Notes under the pieces: model-generated | What the model was told of the DNA's origin: nothing | The model's input: the letters and a program-made list of their open reading frames with translations, nothing else | Databases searched by the model: none | Part shown: positions 9,177-17,334 of the stretch, in pieces | Position numbering within the stretch: position 1 is the stretch's first letter | How the letters are laid out: every line of letters starts with the position of its first letter | NCBI GenBank assembly: GCA_040902745.1 | Contig: JBBDWR010000014.1 | Span: 6,374-70,373 of the forward strand | DNA from: Actinomycetota bacterium | GTDB lineage: Bacteria > Actinomycetota > UBA4738 > HRBIN12 | Direction of reading: 5' to 3' | Length of the DNA: 64,000 nucleotides | Made by a program: the position numbers and the translations under genes

Positions 9177-10448
9177 TCAGCGCTTCGGCGTAAGTTCGCG
9201 AGCCGATTCCGGCAACCACGGCCACAATGTTTCGGGCAGCGCGACGGACCCGTCGGCGCGCTGACCGTTCTCGAGCAGCGCGATCAGGGTGCGGCCCATG
9301 GCCGTGGCCGTGCCGTTGAGGGTGTGCAGCACCTCGACCGTTCCGTCGGCCCGGCGAACGCGCGTCTGGAGTCGCCGGGCCTGATAGTCCGTGCAGTTCG
9401 AACACGAGGTGAGTTCTCGGAACCGCTGCTGTCCAGGCAGCCATCCCTCGATGTCGTACTTCTTGGCCGCGGGCGCACCGAGATCCCCCACGGCGATGTT
9501 GACCACGCGATAGGGCAGGCCCAGGTTCGTGACGATCTTCTCCTCGATGCCGACCAGCCGTTCGTGCTCGTCCCACGACTGCTCGGGAGTCGTGAAACTG
9601 AACATCTCCACCTTGTCGAACTGGTGCACGCGGAACATCCCTCCCATGTCCTTGCCGTACGTGCCCGCCTCGCGGCGGAAACAGGTGGAGTACCCGGCGT
9701 AACGACGCGGGAGCTCGCTCTCGTCCAGGATCTCGCCCATATGAAGCGCGGCCAGCGGCACCTCGCTGGTCCCGACCAGATACAGGTCGTCTTCGCGCGT
9801 CTTGTACAGGCTCGCCTCGTCACCGGGGAGGAACCCCGTGCCGTACATCGCCTCCTCGCGGACCATCACCGGAGGGATCACCGGCAAGAAGCCCTCGGGC
9901 AGCAGGACGCCGAGAGCGTGCTGCACCAACGCGAACTGGACGAGCACGAGGTCACCCAGCAGGTACACGAAGCGAGATCCGGACGTTCGAACGGCGCGGT
10001 CGACGTCGAGCACGCCCAGCATCGTCCCCAGTTCGACATGGTCACGCGCCGCGAAGTCGAACGAGGGCGGCTCACCATGGGTTCGCACCGGCACGGAGTC
10101 GTCCTCGGTGAGCCCGTCGGGAGCACTCTCGTGCGGCAGGTTCGGCGTCTGTGCGAGGAGCGCCGTGAGTTGCGTCTGCACGTCGGCGAGTTCCGGTTCC
10201 TTCGCCTTGAGCGACGCGGACACCTCGGCCGCGCGAGAGATCAACACCTTCTTGTCTTCGCCCTCGGCGCCGCCGATCGCCTTGGACGCCTTGTTCTGCT
10301 CGGCGCGAAGGGCCTCGACCTCCGTGGTGAGCGCCCGTCGACGTTCGTCGAGCGTGAGCAGCTCGTCCACGGCGTCGGAAAGACCCCGGCGTGCGAGTGC
10401 GGAGCGGAACGTCTCGGGGTCGTCGCGGATCGCTTTCAGGTCCAGCAT
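9177..10448 (-). CDS. serS: serine--tRNA ligase
   Basis: 423-aa ORF with an N-terminal coiled-coil tRNA-binding arm and class II aaRS motifs (FRRE..G, GLPYRVV, GTATAMGRTL). Confidence 0.95.
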   Translation of the reverse strand: MLDLKAIRDDPETFRSALARRGLSDAVDELLTLDERRRALTTEVEALRAEQNKASKAIGGAEGEDKKVLISRAAEVSASLKAKEPELADVQTQLTALLAQTPNLPHESAPDGLTEDDSVPVRTHGEPPSFDFAARDHVELGTMLGVLDVDRAVRTSGSRFVYLLGDLVLVQFALVQHALGVLLPEGFLPVIPPVMVREEAMYGTGFLPGDEASLYKTREDDLYLVGTSEVPLAALHMGEILDESELPRRYAGYSTCFRREAGTYGKDMGGMFRVHQFDKVEMFSFTTPEQSWDEHERLVGIEEKIVTNLGLPYRVVNIAVGDLGAPAAKKYDIEGWLPGQQRFRELTSCSNCTDYQARRLQTRVRRADGTVEVLHTLNGTATAMGRTLIALLENGQRADGSVALPETLWPWLPESARELTPKR

Positions 10449-10473
10449 GTGTGTGCTACCTCCGGGCGATGCG

Positions 10474-10866
10474 TCAGGGGACGGAAACCTCCTTGCGCTC
10501 GCCCGGCGATCGCTCGGCCGACACGGCCGGCTGCTGACCTTGGCGCTCCATGATGCTCTGACCGTCGAAGGTCGCGCCTTCCTCGATCACGAGGCTCTTC
10601 GACGTGATGTTTCCCTCCACCCGGCCGCCGCCTTTGAGTTCGGCGCGACCCGTCACGGTGATCGTGCCGCGCAAGCGACCCGCCACCGACACGCTCTTGG
10701 CACGGATGTCGGCCTCGACCTGGCTGTTGGGACTCAGGACGACGTCGCCGTCGGCCTGGATCTGGCCCTTGACCTGACCGTCGACGCGGAGCGATCCCGC
10801 GGACACCACGGTGCCCTCGAGCTTCGCGCCGGCGCCGACGACCGTGACTTCGCCGCTGTGCTCCAT
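10474..10866 (-). CDS. bactofilin family cytoskeletal protein
   Basis: Repetitive beta-helical G/V/S-rich sequence (VVGAGAKLEGTVVSAGSLRVDGQVKGQIQADGDVVL...) typical of the bactofilin (DUF583) domain. Start could be 10875 (MRRMEHS) or 10866 (MEHS). Confidence 0.75.
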   Translation of the reverse strand: MEHSGEVTVVGAGAKLEGTVVSAGSLRVDGQVKGQIQADGDVVLSPNSQVEADIRAKSVSVAGRLRGTITVTGRAELKGGGRVEGNITSKSLVIEEGATFDGQSIMERQGQQPAVSAERSPGERKEVSVP

Positions 10867-10960
10867 CCGTCGCACCTCCCGTCGAGAAGGCTGCTCGGGA
10901 GCGCCGCCTGATCCTGTGGCTGCTCCTGAACGCCTTCGACCTCGTCGCGCTTGAAGATCG

Positions 10961-11500
10961 TCACGCCTTCACCGCCTCCCGGGGGCCGTGCAGCGCCTGG
11001 CGGATCGCCTCCGCCTCTTCCACCGAGAGGTTATAGGGGCTCTCCCCCGCTTGGACAGGTTTCGCGTACACGCGGGTGTCCTGTCGCCCGTTGATCGAGG
11101 TCAGCACCATCCCGTTGCCGGCATCGTCCAGCATCGCAGCGGAGAACGACAGCCTGCCGCCCACGTCCTCGAAGGCGTCGTACCGCACGAGTCCCACCCG
11201 CCGAACGGACGCGTGCAACAGTTCCTCGAGATCGAGATCGCGCTTGTGCAGGGAGCGCGCGGCTCCCTCGAGCCGTTTGATCGAATGCAGGTGATCCTCG
11301 AAGATCCCGCGAACCGCCGGGTCCAGCCCCTGAGGATCGACCGGCTGACCGTCGCGGCGCTTGCGGGCGGCCGAGCCGATCAGCAACGCGAGCAAAGCGA
11401 GCGCGCTCAGTCCCAGGCTGACGATCACGAGGATCGTGAGGGTTTCGTTCGGCAGCGTCATCGCACTCAGCGTGTCCTGGGTCGTGTGGATCGAACGCAC
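10961..11500 (-). CDS. DUF4446-like membrane-anchored protein
   Basis: 179-aa ORF with an N-terminal TM helix (LTILVIVSLGLSALALLALLIGSA) and a soluble domain. The DUF4446 assignment is from memory of this family's pairing with bactofilin in Actinobacteria. Confidence 0.5.
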   Translation of the reverse strand: MRSIHTTQDTLSAMTLPNETLTILVIVSLGLSALALLALLIGSAARKRRDGQPVDPQGLDPAVRGIFEDHLHSIKRLEGAARSLHKRDLDLEELLHASVRRVGLVRYDAFEDVGGRLSFSAAMLDDAGNGMVLTSINGRQDTRVYAKPVQAGESPYNLSVEEAEAIRQALHGPREAVKA

Positions 11501-11540
11501 GCGTCGTGAGCAGGGCGTTCGCGTGGAGGCATCGTATACG

Positions 11541-12365
11541 ATGACCGGCGCCGTGGACGAACGCGCGTTGGCCGAGCTGCTCGACGAGGTCGCCGCAGGG
11601 GCGATCGGGACCGGCGATGCGCTCGATCGGCTGCGCGATCTCCCCTACGAGTCCCTCGAGGATCTTCGGCTCGACCATCACCGCGAACTGCGCACGGGCG
11701 CCGCCGAGGCGGTGTTCGCCCCGGGCAAGACCCCGCGCCAGGTCGTGGACGCCGCCCGTGCGCTGGCCGCCCACGCCTCCGGCGCCGTCCTCGTCACCCG
11801 TGCCGACGCCCCTCGGGCACAAGCCGTGATGGATGCCTTCCCCGACGCGATCCACGACCCGCGCTCGGGGTTGATCGTCGTGCGGCCCGCGCCCCGGACT
11901 CTCGACGCCGACGCCCTCGGACAGATCGTCGTGGTCGCCGCGGGGACCTCCGATCTGCCGGTGGCCGAGGAGGCGGCGTTGACCGGGCAGGCCCTGGGCC
12001 ACGAGGTCGAGCGCATCACCGACGTCGGGGTCGCCGGCGTCCACCGGGTGCTGGAACACCGCGCCGCATTCGACGCGGCGGACACCGTGATCGTGGTCGC
12101 GGGTATGGAAGGAGCCCTGCCTTCGGTGATCGGCGGTCTGACCTCTTCGCCGGTGGTCGCCGTCCCGACGAGCGTGGGCTACGGCGCCTCGTTCGAGGGG
12201 CTGGCAGCGCTGCTCGGCATGCTCTCTTCGTGCGCGCCCGGGATCGCGGTGGTCAATATCGACAACGGCTTTGGCGCGGCACAGGTCGCCCACCGGATCG
12301 TGCGGACCTCGCAGACCTCCACGCCCGCCAACCGGGCTCGCCCAGTGCGTGACGAGGAGCAGTAG
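11541..12365 (+). CDS. larB: nickel-pincer cofactor biosynthesis protein LarB (PurE-like NaAD carboxylase/hydrolase)
   Basis: ATG at 11541 is chosen because the longer 11361 start overlaps the convergent DUF4446 gene. The C-terminal PurE/AIR-carboxylase-like domain (VVVAAGTSDLPVAEEA...VVAGMEGALPSVIGGLTSSPVVAVPTSVGYG) and the N-terminal extension are typical of LarB. Confidence 0.8.
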   Translation: MTGAVDERALAELLDEVAAGAIGTGDALDRLRDLPYESLEDLRLDHHRELRTGAAEAVFAPGKTPRQVVDAARALAAHASGAVLVTRADAPRAQAVMDAFPDAIHDPRSGLIVVRPAPRTLDADALGQIVVVAAGTSDLPVAEEAALTGQALGHEVERITDVGVAGVHRVLEHRAAFDAADTVIVVAGMEGALPSVIGGLTSSPVVAVPTSVGYGASFEGLAALLGMLSSCAPGIAVVNIDNGFGAAQVAHRIVRTSQTSTPANRARPVRDEEQ

Positions 12366-12367
12366 CG

Positions 12368-13588
12368 ATGCGTCTGCTGTTCTTCGATTGCATCGCTGGG
12401 ATCTCCGGCGACATGGCGCTCGGCGCACTCGTCGACGCGGGGGCCAGCCCCGATGCGATCCGGGAACCCCTGGCGGCGCTGCCGATCGAACCGTTCGAGT
12501 TGACCCTCGAGGACGTCGAGATCGACGGCATCGGAGCGACCCGGGCGAGCATCGATACGCCGGCGAGCGAAGTGATCCGCACGTACGCAAGCATCCGGCA
12601 GGTGTTGGATGCCGCCGACCTTCCCGAGAACGCTCGCACCCTCGCGCAGCGGATCTTCCGCAGGCTCGCGGAGGCCGAGGCGCGCATCCACCGCAAGGAA
12701 GTGGAGTTCGTCACCTTCCACGAGGTCGGTGCCGTCGACTCGATCGTGGACATCGTCGGGGTCGCACTCGCCCTCACCGACCTGCGGGCGGATCGCATCT
12801 TCAGCTCCGCCGTGCCGACCGGCATGGGTCTCGCGCGTGTCGACCACGGCATGATGCCGATCCCCGCTCCCGCGGTCGTCGAGCTGCTGCGCGGCGCGCC
12901 GCTGTATTCACGAGGCGTCCCCGTCGAGCTGACCACGCCCACCGGTGCGGCGATCCTGGCCGCAACGGTCGAGGGCTACGGGGAGATCCCCGCGATGCGG
13001 ATCGAGGCATCGGGCTACGGCGCCGGAACCCGCCGGCTCGATTTCCCCAACGTCCTGCGGGTTCTGGTCGGCGAAGAGGTGTCCTCGCGGGAACGCCCTC
13101 CGAGCGCGGAGCGACCCGACGGCGGCGACGTCGTGCTCGCGACGAACGTCGACGACCTCACCCCCGAACTCTCGGCTCACACGATCGGCCAGTTGCTCGA
13201 AGCGGGCGCGCAGGATGCCTGGATCACGCCGATCGTGATGAAGAAGGGCCGGCCGGCGGTGACGATCAGCGCGCTCTGCTCGTCAGAGCGCGCCGACGCC
13301 GTCCGTCGCGTGCTGTTCCGCGAGACCGGCACCCTTGGGATCCGAACCTCGCCCGTGGACAAGTGGGCGCTCGATCGCCGATCAGTGGACGTGGAAACCG
13401 CGGGGGGGACCGTCCGCGTGAAGGTCGGGACGCTGGAGGGCGAAGTGGTCAGCGTCTCGCCGGAGTACGAGGACGTCGCCCGGGCGGCGGCTGTGTCCGG
13501 GATACCGGCGCGAGCACTGGCCGCAGACGCCGTGGTGCGTGCCCGGGATGCGCTCCATCAGACCGCCCCTGCCGGAGAGTCCTCTTAG
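12368..13588 (+). CDS. larC: nickel insertion protein LarC (DUF111, pyridinium-3,5-bisthiocarboxylate mononucleotide nickel chelatase)
   Basis: The N-terminus MRLLFFDCIAGISGDMALGALVDAG is the hallmark DUF111/LarC start. 406 aa. The ATG lies 3 nt after the larB stop. Confidence 0.85.
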   Translation: MRLLFFDCIAGISGDMALGALVDAGASPDAIREPLAALPIEPFELTLEDVEIDGIGATRASIDTPASEVIRTYASIRQVLDAADLPENARTLAQRIFRRLAEAEARIHRKEVEFVTFHEVGAVDSIVDIVGVALALTDLRADRIFSSAVPTGMGLARVDHGMMPIPAPAVVELLRGAPLYSRGVPVELTTPTGAAILAATVEGYGEIPAMRIEASGYGAGTRRLDFPNVLRVLVGEEVSSRERPPSAERPDGGDVVLATNVDDLTPELSAHTIGQLLEAGAQDAWITPIVMKKGRPAVTISALCSSERADAVRRVLFRETGTLGIRTSPVDKWALDRRSVDVETAGGTVRVKVGTLEGEVVSVSPEYEDVARAAAVSGIPARALAADAVVRARDALHQTAPAGESS

Positions 13589-13632
13589 CCGGCGGCTGCC
13601 CTGGGCGGCGGCTGCCGACCCCGGACAGCCGT

Positions 13633-13678
13633 GAGGGCGCCGTCCCCACCGCTCACAGACGGTGAGTACGACGCCCTC
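13633..13678. terminator. GC-rich hairpin in convergent intergenic region (possible bidirectional terminator)
   Basis: GAGGGCG (13633-13639) pairs with CGCCCTC (13672-13678). A nested 5-bp stem CTCAC/GTGAG lies inside. Located between the larC stop and the small minus-strand ORF stop. Confidence 0.35.
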
Positions 13679-13695
13679 CCCGGGTCAGTTGTCGC

Positions 13696-13791
13696 CTAGT
13701 TGTTCTTCCACCCGGCTCCCGCGGCCATCAAAAAGGCAGCGAGCCATCCGAGGGAAACCACCAAGCGGCGATACCTGTTCATCACAGACAT
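13696..13791 (-). CDS. small hydrophobic ORF (31 aa) with strong Shine-Dalgarno
   Basis: Minus strand GGAAAGGAGG, 5 nt, then ATG. Product MSVMNRYRRLVVSLGWLAAFLMAAGAGWKNN is a single predicted TM helix. No homology was assessed. Confidence 0.3.
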   Translation of the reverse strand: MSVMNRYRRLVVSLGWLAAFLMAAGAGWKNN

Positions 13792-14076
13792 CAGCCTCCT
13801 TTCCCAGGCGGCACTCGAGGCACGTATCGGCAGATCGGGTGACGGCCTTTAGCGGGTCGGATCGATCCGTCGAGCCGTGCCTACAGCGGGGTCCGTCGCC
13901 GCCCGCTCATGCTTCGTATCACGGAACCGCGATTCGGGCAGATCACGCTGGTCGAAGCATGCAAGGCACCCCCTCCGATGATCTTCGGGTCCCCCATCAA
14001 GGGGGTGCCCAAGCACGTCGATATGCGGTGATATGACCGGGCAAGACCGGTATGTCTGCGCTGGCTGGAGCCGGGT

Positions 14077-14643
14077 ATGCGGCTGATCCTCACATCTGTG
14101 TCGATCGCGATCGTGATCGGCTACTTCGCGGGCGGGCGGCTTTCGGGCCTGGCCCGCCTCGATCTGCGATGGCCAGCGCTCGCGTTGGTCGGCGTCGCGC
14201 TGCAGTTCGCTCCTTGGTCGGGCATGCCGGGGTTCATCGCCCTGATCTTGTCGTTCGCGGGCCTGATCGCCTTCGCGCTGGCGAACGCGAAACAGGCGGG
14301 ATTCATCTTGATCGTCGTCGGCCTGGCGATGAACCTGACCGTGATCGCGGTCAACTCGGGGATGCCGGTGACCCGCGCTTCATTGGTCAGCTCCGGGCAG
14401 GCCGACACCCTGACCTCGCTCGTGGATGACGGCGGGAACAAGCACCACCTCGCCGGACCGACGGACGCGCTCGTGGTGCTCGGCGACTGGATCCCGCTGG
14501 GCCCCCCGGTCCGCCAGTCGATCAGCGTCGGGGACATCTTCGTGCACGCAGGGCTCGCGTGGTTCATCATCGTGGCGATGCGGCGGGGACGCAGCGGTGT
14601 TCCCGCGAGTGATCCGGATCCTGCGACGGAGGGGGCCAGTTGA
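14077..14643 (+). CDS. DUF5317-like integral membrane protein
   Basis: 188-aa ORF with 4-5 predicted TM helices. Its stop overlaps the start of the downstream histidine kinase, suggesting a functional partnership. Confidence 0.55.
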   Translation: MRLILTSVSIAIVIGYFAGGRLSGLARLDLRWPALALVGVALQFAPWSGMPGFIALILSFAGLIAFALANAKQAGFILIVVGLAMNLTVIAVNSGMPVTRASLVSSGQADTLTSLVDDGGNKHHLAGPTDALVVLGDWIPLGPPVRQSISVGDIFVHAGLAWFIIVAMRRGRSGVPASDPDPATEGAS

Positions 14644-16211
14644 CCGTGGCGGCCGAAGCGACACCCTCCACGCGCGTGCGCCCCGAGGCGCGGCCCAAGC
14701 AGCGGCTCGCCGTCCAGCTATGGCAGATGCTGATCCTCGTTATCACGCTGTTGTGGCTGGGGATCGGTCTCCCCCAATACCCGGACGAGATCCTGACGGG
14801 AGCGGTGATCCTGTTCATCGCGATCGTGATCGCGGTCGATCTGATCCCGGTACCAGCGTGGGGCGGGATGCAGTTGTCCCTGTCGTTCCCGATCCAGCTC
14901 GCGGTCGCGATGTCGTTCCCGGTGCCGATCGCCGGGTTGATCGCGTTCGTCGGATCGGTCGATCCTCGGGAGTTCCGCCGCGAGGTCTCGATCCTCAAGG
15001 CGCTGTACAACCGCGGTCAGATCGCGCTGTCGATCCTGCTCGGTGCCGCCGTGTTCCACGCGATGACTTCGTTGAACGCGAAGTGGTACGAGTTGCTGCC
15101 GGGCCTGCTCGCCGCAACGATCGTTGCATACGCGGCGAACACGCTGATCGTGGCCGTGCAAGCGTCACTGGAATCACGCGTACCCCTATGGCAGGTGCTG
15201 GCGAAGATGCACGGGGCGCGGCCGGTGGAGTTCCTCTTCTCCTACCTCGGCCTCGGTCTGTTCGGAGTCGTGATCGCGCGGTTCTACGAGTCCGAGGGCG
15301 TGTGGTCGGTTCTGGTCTTCTTGGCCCCGCTCGTGTTCGCGCGGCAGATGTACTTCCGCAGCCGGGCCCTGGCCGATCAGCTGGCAGAACAGAACCAGCT
15401 GCTCGCCGAACAAGCCTCCCGGCTGGAGGAGCTCCTGGTCAAGGAGACGGAGACGTCGAACGAGCTGCGAGAGCTGAACCGGATGAAGGGGGAGTTCGTC
15501 GCCGTCGTCTCGCACGAGCTCCGCACGCCGGTCACCGCATTGATCGGCTATGCGAAGACGCTCCAGCAGCGAGAGTTCGCAGAGGACGAAGTGTTGCGCC
15601 AGGAGTTCCTCGAGCGGATGGAGCGGCAGGGGGATCGGCTGCTGCGGCTCGTCGAGAACCTGCTCACCGCCTCACGCCTGGAGAGCCGCGAGCTGCCGGT
15701 GCAGGTTCAGCGCGTCCTGTTCGAAGACGTGTGCCGCGAGGTCGTCGAGGGGCTCGGCGAGGCGAGCCGCGTGGTCGTCGACGTCCCATCGGACCTACCG
15801 GTGTTGCACACCGACCGTCAGTTGCTGGGCCGGGTGGTGCAAAACCTTCTCGACAACGCGCTCAAGTACTCCCCCGATGGCGAGCCCTGCGAGCTGGGCG
15901 CGCGCGCGGATAACGACACCGTCATGTTCTGGGTCCGCGACCACGGTGTCGGGATCCCGCAGGACAAGGTGGAACGCATCTTCGAACGCTTCTATCAGGT
16001 CGACTCGTCCTCCACCCGGATCTTCCGTGGTGCCGGGCTCGGACTGTCCCTCGTCGCCGACCTGCTGGAACATCTGGGCGGACGGATCGAGGTCGACAGC
16101 GCACCGGACGAGGGCAGCACGTTCACGGTGCATGTTCCCGTGCATCATCCCGGAACCGCCGAGGGGCAGGATCCCCAGGAACACGGTGACCTCTCCTCGG
16201 CCGTCGGCTGA
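14640..16211 (+). CDS. sensor histidine kinase with polytopic membrane sensor domain
   Basis: TTG start overlaps the upstream stop. Six or so N-terminal TM helices, then a HisKA H-box (VVSHELRTPVTAL) and HATPase_c N/G1/G2 boxes (LLDNALKYS, DHGVGIP, GAGLGLSLV). No response regulator is adjacent. Confidence 0.85.
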   Translation: MTVAAEATPSTRVRPEARPKQRLAVQLWQMLILVITLLWLGIGLPQYPDEILTGAVILFIAIVIAVDLIPVPAWGGMQLSLSFPIQLAVAMSFPVPIAGLIAFVGSVDPREFRREVSILKALYNRGQIALSILLGAAVFHAMTSLNAKWYELLPGLLAATIVAYAANTLIVAVQASLESRVPLWQVLAKMHGARPVEFLFSYLGLGLFGVVIARFYESEGVWSVLVFLAPLVFARQMYFRSRALADQLAEQNQLLAEQASRLEELLVKETETSNELRELNRMKGEFVAVVSHELRTPVTALIGYAKTLQQREFAEDEVLRQEFLERMERQGDRLLRLVENLLTASRLESRELPVQVQRVLFEDVCREVVEGLGEASRVVVDVPSDLPVLHTDRQLLGRVVQNLLDNALKYSPDGEPCELGARADNDTVMFWVRDHGVGIPQDKVERIFERFYQVDSSSTRIFRGAGLGLSLVADLLEHLGGRIEVDSAPDEGSTFTVHVPVHHPGTAEGQDPQEHGDLSSAVG

Positions 16212-16254
16212 GTTCGGGTTCAAAGCGGACGCATCATCGGTCGATACCTGAGAG

Positions 16255-16845
16255 ATGGAGACCGCCTGGCGCTGGATCGCCGCGATCGCTGGGTGCCTCG
16301 CGCTCGCGTGGTTCCCCTTCGTGTTCGGGACACGGGTCCCTCTTCTGGGGCTCGTTGATCTCGGATTCCACGAGCTGGGGCACCTGCTCACCCATCCGCT
16401 ACCGGACGTGTGGACGGCTGCGATGGGCTCCGTCACCCAGGTCGCGGTTCCCACCGGGCTGGCCGGCTACTTCCTGTGGCGCCGTCGCGATGCGGCCGCC
16501 GCGGCCATCTGTCTCGCGTGGGCGGGGACCAGCGCCGCGGATGCGAGCGTCTACATCGCCGACGCGCCTCTCCAACAGCTCGAGTTGATCGGAGGACACC
16601 ACGACTGGGCGTTCGTGCTGGGGCGGTTGCAGCTCCTCGACGCCGCGGGGTCGATCGCGGGCGTTGTGCGGTTCGCAGGTGCGCTCCTGATCGTCGCCGC
16701 GCTCTCTTGTTGCGTACTCGGCTGGGCACGGCAACGACGCGACCGGGCGCCAACCCTGCGCAGAACGGCCGCGCTGTCGGTGCGGCCCGTCGCCCTCGAC
16801 GCCGGGCTCGTGCCCGACCCGGTCACAAGAGACCGATCGCGCTAG
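16255..16845 (+). CDS. hypothetical membrane protein with HExxH motif
   Basis: 196-aa ORF with about 5 TM helices. FHELGHLL sits in the first loop and could be a zinc-binding HExxH. No further family assignment. Confidence 0.45.
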   Translation: METAWRWIAAIAGCLALAWFPFVFGTRVPLLGLVDLGFHELGHLLTHPLPDVWTAAMGSVTQVAVPTGLAGYFLWRRRDAAAAAICLAWAGTSAADASVYIADAPLQQLELIGGHHDWAFVLGRLQLLDAAGSIAGVVRFAGALLIVAALSCCVLGWARQRRDRAPTLRRTAALSVRPVALDAGLVPDPVTRDRSR

Positions 16846-16885
16846 AGGAACAGGTGATTTTCACCTCTCGTGCTACGGTCGCGCC

Positions 16886-17323
16886 ATGGGTGAAGGCAAG
16901 GCGACCTCCTTCGAGCCGGTGCATGTCACCGGTGTAGTGACGGACGAGGTGGGCCGGCCACGCAACGACGGCACGCCTGGGAGCGAGCTCTATGCGGTCC
17001 CACTGAGATTGTCTCGAACACCGTCGTCGGAGTGGGGAGACTCCTTCGAGGCATGTTGGAACAACCCTCCCACGCTCTCGACCATGCACAGACCCGGGAT
17101 CGCCTCCGTCGTCGGGGACACCATCGTTTTGGGAAGCACGACGATCGACGAGATCGAGGAGCACCACCTCGCGACGGTCCGCATGTGCGTCGAGAAGGCG
17201 AATGAGCGCGAGGTCGCCCGGACGGAAGACGCGCGTCATCAACGAGAGAGCGACGACAACGCCCGGATGGCACATCGGGCCCACGTCGACGAGGTCGCTG
17301 ATCGCCTGAAGTTCGACGACTAG
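16886..17323 (+). CDS. hypothetical protein
   Basis: 145-aa acidic ORF with no recognisable motifs. Coding-like codon usage. Confidence 0.4.
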   Translation: MGEGKATSFEPVHVTGVVTDEVGRPRNDGTPGSELYAVPLRLSRTPSSEWGDSFEACWNNPPTLSTMHRPGIASVVGDTIVLGSTTIDEIEEHHLATVRMCVEKANEREVARTEDARHQRESDDNARMAHRAHVDEVADRLKFDD

Positions 17324-17334
17324 ATGTCGAGTCG

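Noticed and set aside
11031-12590. 519-aa minus-strand ORF and 12271..13665 plus-strand alternate-frame ORF over larB/larC
   Set aside because: Shadow ORFs. Translations are Arg/Gly/Pro-rich with no domain signatures. The larB and larC frames carry family-defining motifs.
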